This document shows, piece by piece, positions 60,168 to 64,000 of a DNA stretch of 64,000 nt. Source of the stretch: Verrucomicrobiota bacterium (GTDB lineage: Bacteria > Verrucomicrobiota > Verrucomicrobiia > Limisphaerales > AAA164-E04); the NCBI GenBank assembly GCA_047947115.1, contig CP170459.1:1376001-1440000 (forward strand), given 5' to 3'. The notes beneath the pieces are model-generated. The model saw only the letters and a list, made by a program, of their open reading frames with translations. It was not told the origin of the DNA and did no database searches. The position numbers and the translations under genes are program-made. Each line of letters opens with the position of its first letter. The stretch's first letter is position 1.

Positions 60168-61247
60168 ATGGACCTTCACCCATTCATTGCCCGATTCCAA
60201 CGCCGACTGGCAGAAGTGGAATCCGCGTTGGGGGATCCTTCCGTTTTCAATAACCAGAAGAAATCCCAGGAACTTTCGCGGGAATACAATCGCCTCAAAT
60301 CATTGGTGGCTCAGGGTGAAGCTTTCCAACGCATCGAATCTGAAATTCGCGACAACGAAGAACTCCTCGAATCCGAACCGTCCGATTCCGAAATGGCATT
60401 GATGGCCAAAGAAGATCTGGTGGAGCTTAAGGAGCGTTACGCTGAGGCCACTGTCGCACTCCAGATGGGCATTGTCCCTCCCGATCCCACTGACAGCCGT
60501 GACACCATCGTAGAAATCCGCGCCGGAGCAGGTGGTTCCGAATCGGCTCTGTTCTCCGCAGATCTCTACCGTATGTTCTCCCGTTATTCGGAAGACAGAG
60601 GATGGAAACTCGAAGTCATGGACAGCAGCCCTTCAGATCTGGGCGGTTTCAAGGAAATCATTTTCAGCATCAGGGGAGAGGATGTTTTCAAACGACTGAA
60701 GTATGAAAGCGGCGTGCATCGTGTCCAGCGTGTTCCTGTCACAGAAACGCAAGGAAGGGTGCATACCAGCACCTGCACCGTGGCTGTACTCCCTGAAGCC
60801 GAAGAGGTGGATGTGGAAATCAAGCCCGACGACATTGAAGTATCCGTCTGTCGTGCATCCGGACCGGGCGGCCAGGGGGTCAACACCACCGACTCCGCCG
60901 TTCAGATCCAACACAAACCAACCGGCCTGATCGTTCGATGTGCGGATGGTCGTTCGCAGCACCAAAACAAATTTCAGGCGATGACAGTGCTTCGATCTCG
61001 TCTGCTGGAACGAAAGATTGCCGAGGAAAACGCCAAATACGCCGCTCAGCGCAAAGCACAGGTCGGCACCGGCGAACGCAATGAACGCATCCGCACCTAT
61101 AATTTCCCCCAGAATCGCGTAACCGATCACCGCATCGAGCTGACGCTCTATAACTTGCCCGCACTGATGGACGGTGATCTGGACAGCGTGATTGAACCAC
61201 TCATGCAGGATGACCTGCAACACAAGCTGGAGGAAATGAATCTATGA
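60168..61247 (+). CDS. prfA: Peptide chain release factor 1
   Basis: PVT (PxT) motif, GGQ, IRTYNFPQNR. Confidence 0.96.
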   Translation: MDLHPFIARFQRRLAEVESALGDPSVFNNQKKSQELSREYNRLKSLVAQGEAFQRIESEIRDNEELLESEPSDSEMALMAKEDLVELKERYAEATVALQMGIVPPDPTDSRDTIVEIRAGAGGSESALFSADLYRMFSRYSEDRGWKLEVMDSSPSDLGGFKEIIFSIRGEDVFKRLKYESGVHRVQRVPVTETQGRVHTSTCTVAVLPEAEEVDVEIKPDDIEVSVCRASGPGGQGVNTTDSAVQIQHKPTGLIVRCADGRSQHQNKFQAMTVLRSRLLERKIAEENAKYAAQRKAQVGTGERNERIRTYNFPQNRVTDHRIELTLYNLPALMDGDLDSVIEPLMQDDLQHKLEEMNL

Positions 61248-61813
61248 GCAGCGTATTCGATGGAATGATCTTTGACTGTGACGGAACTCTCATCGACTCC
61301 ATGCCTGCCCACTGGCTTGCATGGAAAGATGTGACAGAGCGGCATGGTTTGAATTTTCCTGAGGATCGATTTTATGCATTGGGAGGTGTGCCTTCCTGGC
61401 AGATCATTGAGATGCTGAGCAAGGAACAGGGGATCGAAGTGGACGCGCATGCAGTCGCACACGAAAAGGAAGAAGCCTACATTCCGCATATGGACAAGGT
61501 GGTCCCTATCGATTGTGTGATGGACATTGTGCGCAAAAATCATGGACGCATCCCGATGGCCGTTGCCACAGGGGGTGTGCATGAAATCATTGATCCCTTA
61601 TTGGAAAAATTGGGACTGTCCTCCTATTTCGAAACAATTGTCACCAGTCAGGACGTCCAACATCAAAAACCAGCTCCGGATATCTTTCTGGAAGCGGCGC
61701 GGCGTATCGGAGTCGATCCTTCAAAATGCCGTGCCTACGAGGATACCGACCTGGGCATGCAGGCCATTCGAGCAGCAGGAATGGATGCCGTGGATATACG
61801 TCTGATGCTCTAG
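61244..61813 (+). CDS. HAD phosphatase (YqaB/beta-PGM-like)
   Basis: FDCDGTL, KPAPD, YEDT. Confidence 0.88.
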   Translation: MSSVFDGMIFDCDGTLIDSMPAHWLAWKDVTERHGLNFPEDRFYALGGVPSWQIIEMLSKEQGIEVDAHAVAHEKEEAYIPHMDKVVPIDCVMDIVRKNHGRIPMAVATGGVHEIIDPLLEKLGLSSYFETIVTSQDVQHQKPAPDIFLEAARRIGVDPSKCRAYEDTDLGMQAIRAAGMDAVDIRLML

Positions 61814-62045
61814 GCACCCAATAAATTGCCCTTCATTGCTGACGCAAATCTGGTGTGCGGTGTGCAGCACCACTCCGGATACCCCAGACAAACGTTTTAG
61901 TATTCTTGTGCCAGATTGCTCCCGCGTATCCTTGTAAAGCCGTCCAAGGTGGCAGTTCAGGCACCGGGAGCTTGGACGGGGAATGCGTATGCGGACAATA
62001 CCCGGAGCGGGTCCGATGCATCGGAACACGCAGTCCAGAGGTGCT

Positions 62046-63383
62046 TTACCCTTCTGCAGGTTTCTCTGCCATCGCCGGTTGATTTTCACCCACCGGTTGC
62101 TTCCAAACATAGCGGAACATCAAGGTCCGTAATGCCGCTGTTAAAGGGATGGCCAACACGCCTCCGATAATCCCACCCATCAGAGTGGTGCCGATCATGA
62201 TGGCGATGATGACCGTCAATGGATGCATTCCGACCCGGTCGCCGATGATCTTGGGAGAAATGACCAGGCCCTCGGCCATCTGAACAAGAATGAAAATACC
62301 AAGCGTGCCCGCCGGATGAAGCCAACTGTCGGACTGGACAATGGAAATGGCCATGGCGGGAACAATGCTCAACATCACTCCCAGATAGGGCACTATACCC
62401 AGCACCCCGGCAATAAAACCGAGCAGCACGGCATACTTCAACTTGATGATGGAGAATCCAATCATCAACAAACCACCGACACACATCGCCACCAAAACTT
62501 GTCCCCGAAAAAATACAATCAGAGCATCGTTGATGGATCGAAGCACAAACACAATCTCATCCTTGATCCAGGATTCATGCACCGGCAGGTAACGTGTCCA
62601 ATTGTCTTTGATGCCTGATTTCTCGGAGAGGAAATAAAAGACGTAAACCGGCACCAATGCAAAACCCGCCAACATCCCGAAAATGGACGCCATGTTTTCT
62701 ATTTTGGCGCGTGCCCATAGCCCCATGCTGCGTACGCCTTTCCATGCTGCGTTGACAAAATCGCCAATCTGATCCGCATTCAAATCCAATCCCTTACCCT
62801 GGGATTCATCCACGGAAGGTTTTGTTGTTTCAGGGGAAGCTGTGCTGGTATTGGGAGTGGTGGAGTTGACAACCGGTGGCGACGCCTGGGCCACTTGATT
62901 GGTCTGAGTTGTCTCTGCTGTTTCAGTTTGATTGGTGCGATTCAACCAGGGAAGGTAACCCTTTACTGCGTCTGGCAGGTAATTCTCCAGTGAATGGTCC
63001 TTGCTCCAATCATTGTACTTCTTGATGATGCTGCTTTTGTATCCAGGAACTGCTGAGGCCAGAGATTTGGTGTCTTTAATCAAGAGCGGAACAAAAGTTG
63101 CGAAGAAGCCGGCCTGAAGTAACACGGCGAGGGCAAATACACTGACGATGGCCCAGGGCCTTTTGAGTCGTTTGTTCTCAAACCAATCCACCACGGGATC
63201 CAGCAGATAGGCGATGATGCCCGCCACCGCGAGGGGAAGCAGCACGGAGGAGAGTTGATTGGCCAACCAGCCGATGCCTGCAAAGATGGCGCTGATCAGG
63301 CCGAGAATGACCGCAATGGCCAGTCCGGTGACCGCTGTCCACAGAATCTTCGATTGTTGTTCGCTGGGGCCTTTGAGTTCCAT
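62046..63383 (-). CDS. AI-2E family transporter
   Basis: AYLLDPVV, FFRGQ, VPYLG, SPKIIGDRVGMHP. Confidence 0.9.
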   Translation of the reverse strand: MELKGPSEQQSKILWTAVTGLAIAVILGLISAIFAGIGWLANQLSSVLLPLAVAGIIAYLLDPVVDWFENKRLKRPWAIVSVFALAVLLQAGFFATFVPLLIKDTKSLASAVPGYKSSIIKKYNDWSKDHSLENYLPDAVKGYLPWLNRTNQTETAETTQTNQVAQASPPVVNSTTPNTSTASPETTKPSVDESQGKGLDLNADQIGDFVNAAWKGVRSMGLWARAKIENMASIFGMLAGFALVPVYVFYFLSEKSGIKDNWTRYLPVHESWIKDEIVFVLRSINDALIVFFRGQVLVAMCVGGLLMIGFSIIKLKYAVLLGFIAGVLGIVPYLGVMLSIVPAMAISIVQSDSWLHPAGTLGIFILVQMAEGLVISPKIIGDRVGMHPLTVIIAIMIGTTLMGGIIGGVLAIPLTAALRTLMFRYVWKQPVGENQPAMAEKPAEG

Positions 63384-63387
63384 TCAA

Positions 63388-64000
63388 TTATCCCAATGGT
63401 TTCAGACGTTTCGGTTTGGAACGTCGTCCGAGTTTTCGTGATTTGGCCGCCGCCGCGCGTACTGCGTTCATGACCGTGGCCCGCATCGCGCCTTTCTCCA
63501 GCTCGTGAACACCATCAATGGTGGTGCCGCCCGGGCTGGTGACCATGTCCTTTAACACACCAGGATGGCTTCCTGTTTCAAGAACCATCTTCGCGGCGCC
63601 CAAAACTGTTTGAGCGGCCAACTGCGTCGCCATGTCACGGGGCAATCCCGCCGACACGCCTCCGTCGCTGAGTGCTTCGATGAATTGATACACATAAGCG
63701 GGTCCACTGCCGCTCAGCCCGGTCACGGCATCCAGTAGTTTCTCGGGAACCTGCCTGGCAATGCCGATGGCGCTGAGCAGCGAAGCGGTCAGTTCCGCAT
63801 CCGATTCGCTGGCGTACTCGCCCAATGAGAACCCACTAGCCGAGGCTCCAACCAGCGCGGGTGTGTTGGGCATGACCCGGATGATGCGGGCTCCGGCAGG
63901 AAGGTGTGTGGCCATTTGGTCCAGCGATATTCCTGCCGCTATGGAAATCAACAATTGCGCTTCTCTCCAATAAGGATGAATCATCGAGAGCGCATCCTCG
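63388..64000 (-). CDS. proC: Pyrroline-5-carboxylate reductase (5' part outside window)
   Basis: SIAAG, RVMPNTP, GSGPAY, VTSPGGTT. Confidence 0.95.
   Translation of the reverse strand, partial: EDALSMIHPYWREAQLLISIAAGISLDQMATHLPAGARIIRVMPNTPALVGASASGFSLGEYASESDAELTASLLSAIGIARQVPEKLLDAVTGLSGSGPAYVYQFIEALSDGGVSAGLPRDMATQLAAQTVLGAAKMVLETGSHPGVLKDMVTSPGGTTIDGVHELEKGAMRATVMNAVRAAAAKSRKLGRRSKPKRLKPLG

Overview
Bacterial chromosomal window, most likely from a PVC-superphylum organism (Verrucomicrobiota-like; inferred from gene content such as the TIGR02999-type ECF sigma factor, sulfatase and CACAGAG-type repeats, not from a marker search). 1-13.1 kb is a dense stack of nested mobile DNA: a group II intron inserted in the terminal repeat of an IS5-family element, a second truncated copy of that intron at the same target, and IS1182-like, IS4, ISL3, IS427-type, IS21 and IS110 elements or remnants around two AT-rich glycan genes. 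13.1-23 kb is a surface-polysaccharide locus (O-antigen ligase-like gene, bi-domain oxidoreductase, ISL3-disrupted wecB) punctuated by six copies of a hairpin-bearing repeat and by toxin-antitoxin modules. 23-64 kb is mostly housekeeping and metabolism (suhB-like, gatB, arsC + aquaglyceroporin, folB with a HAD-Nudix fusion, bioFA, mreBCD-mrdA-rodA-rne/rng, fmt, rpmE2, prfA, proC), with a shattered chemotaxis cluster and a stand-alone structured ncRNA candidate. The strongest leads are: (1) a candidate IS110 bridge RNA whose loops match both the local repeat it inserted into and its own end; (2) the repeat family with a fixed-length, sequence-variable ~52-nt hairpin; (3) the IS-end-targeting group II intron; (4) the HAD-Nudix fusion as candidate for the two folate steps upstream of FolB; (5) the ncRNA before rpmE2. 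All calls were made by eye, without database searches.
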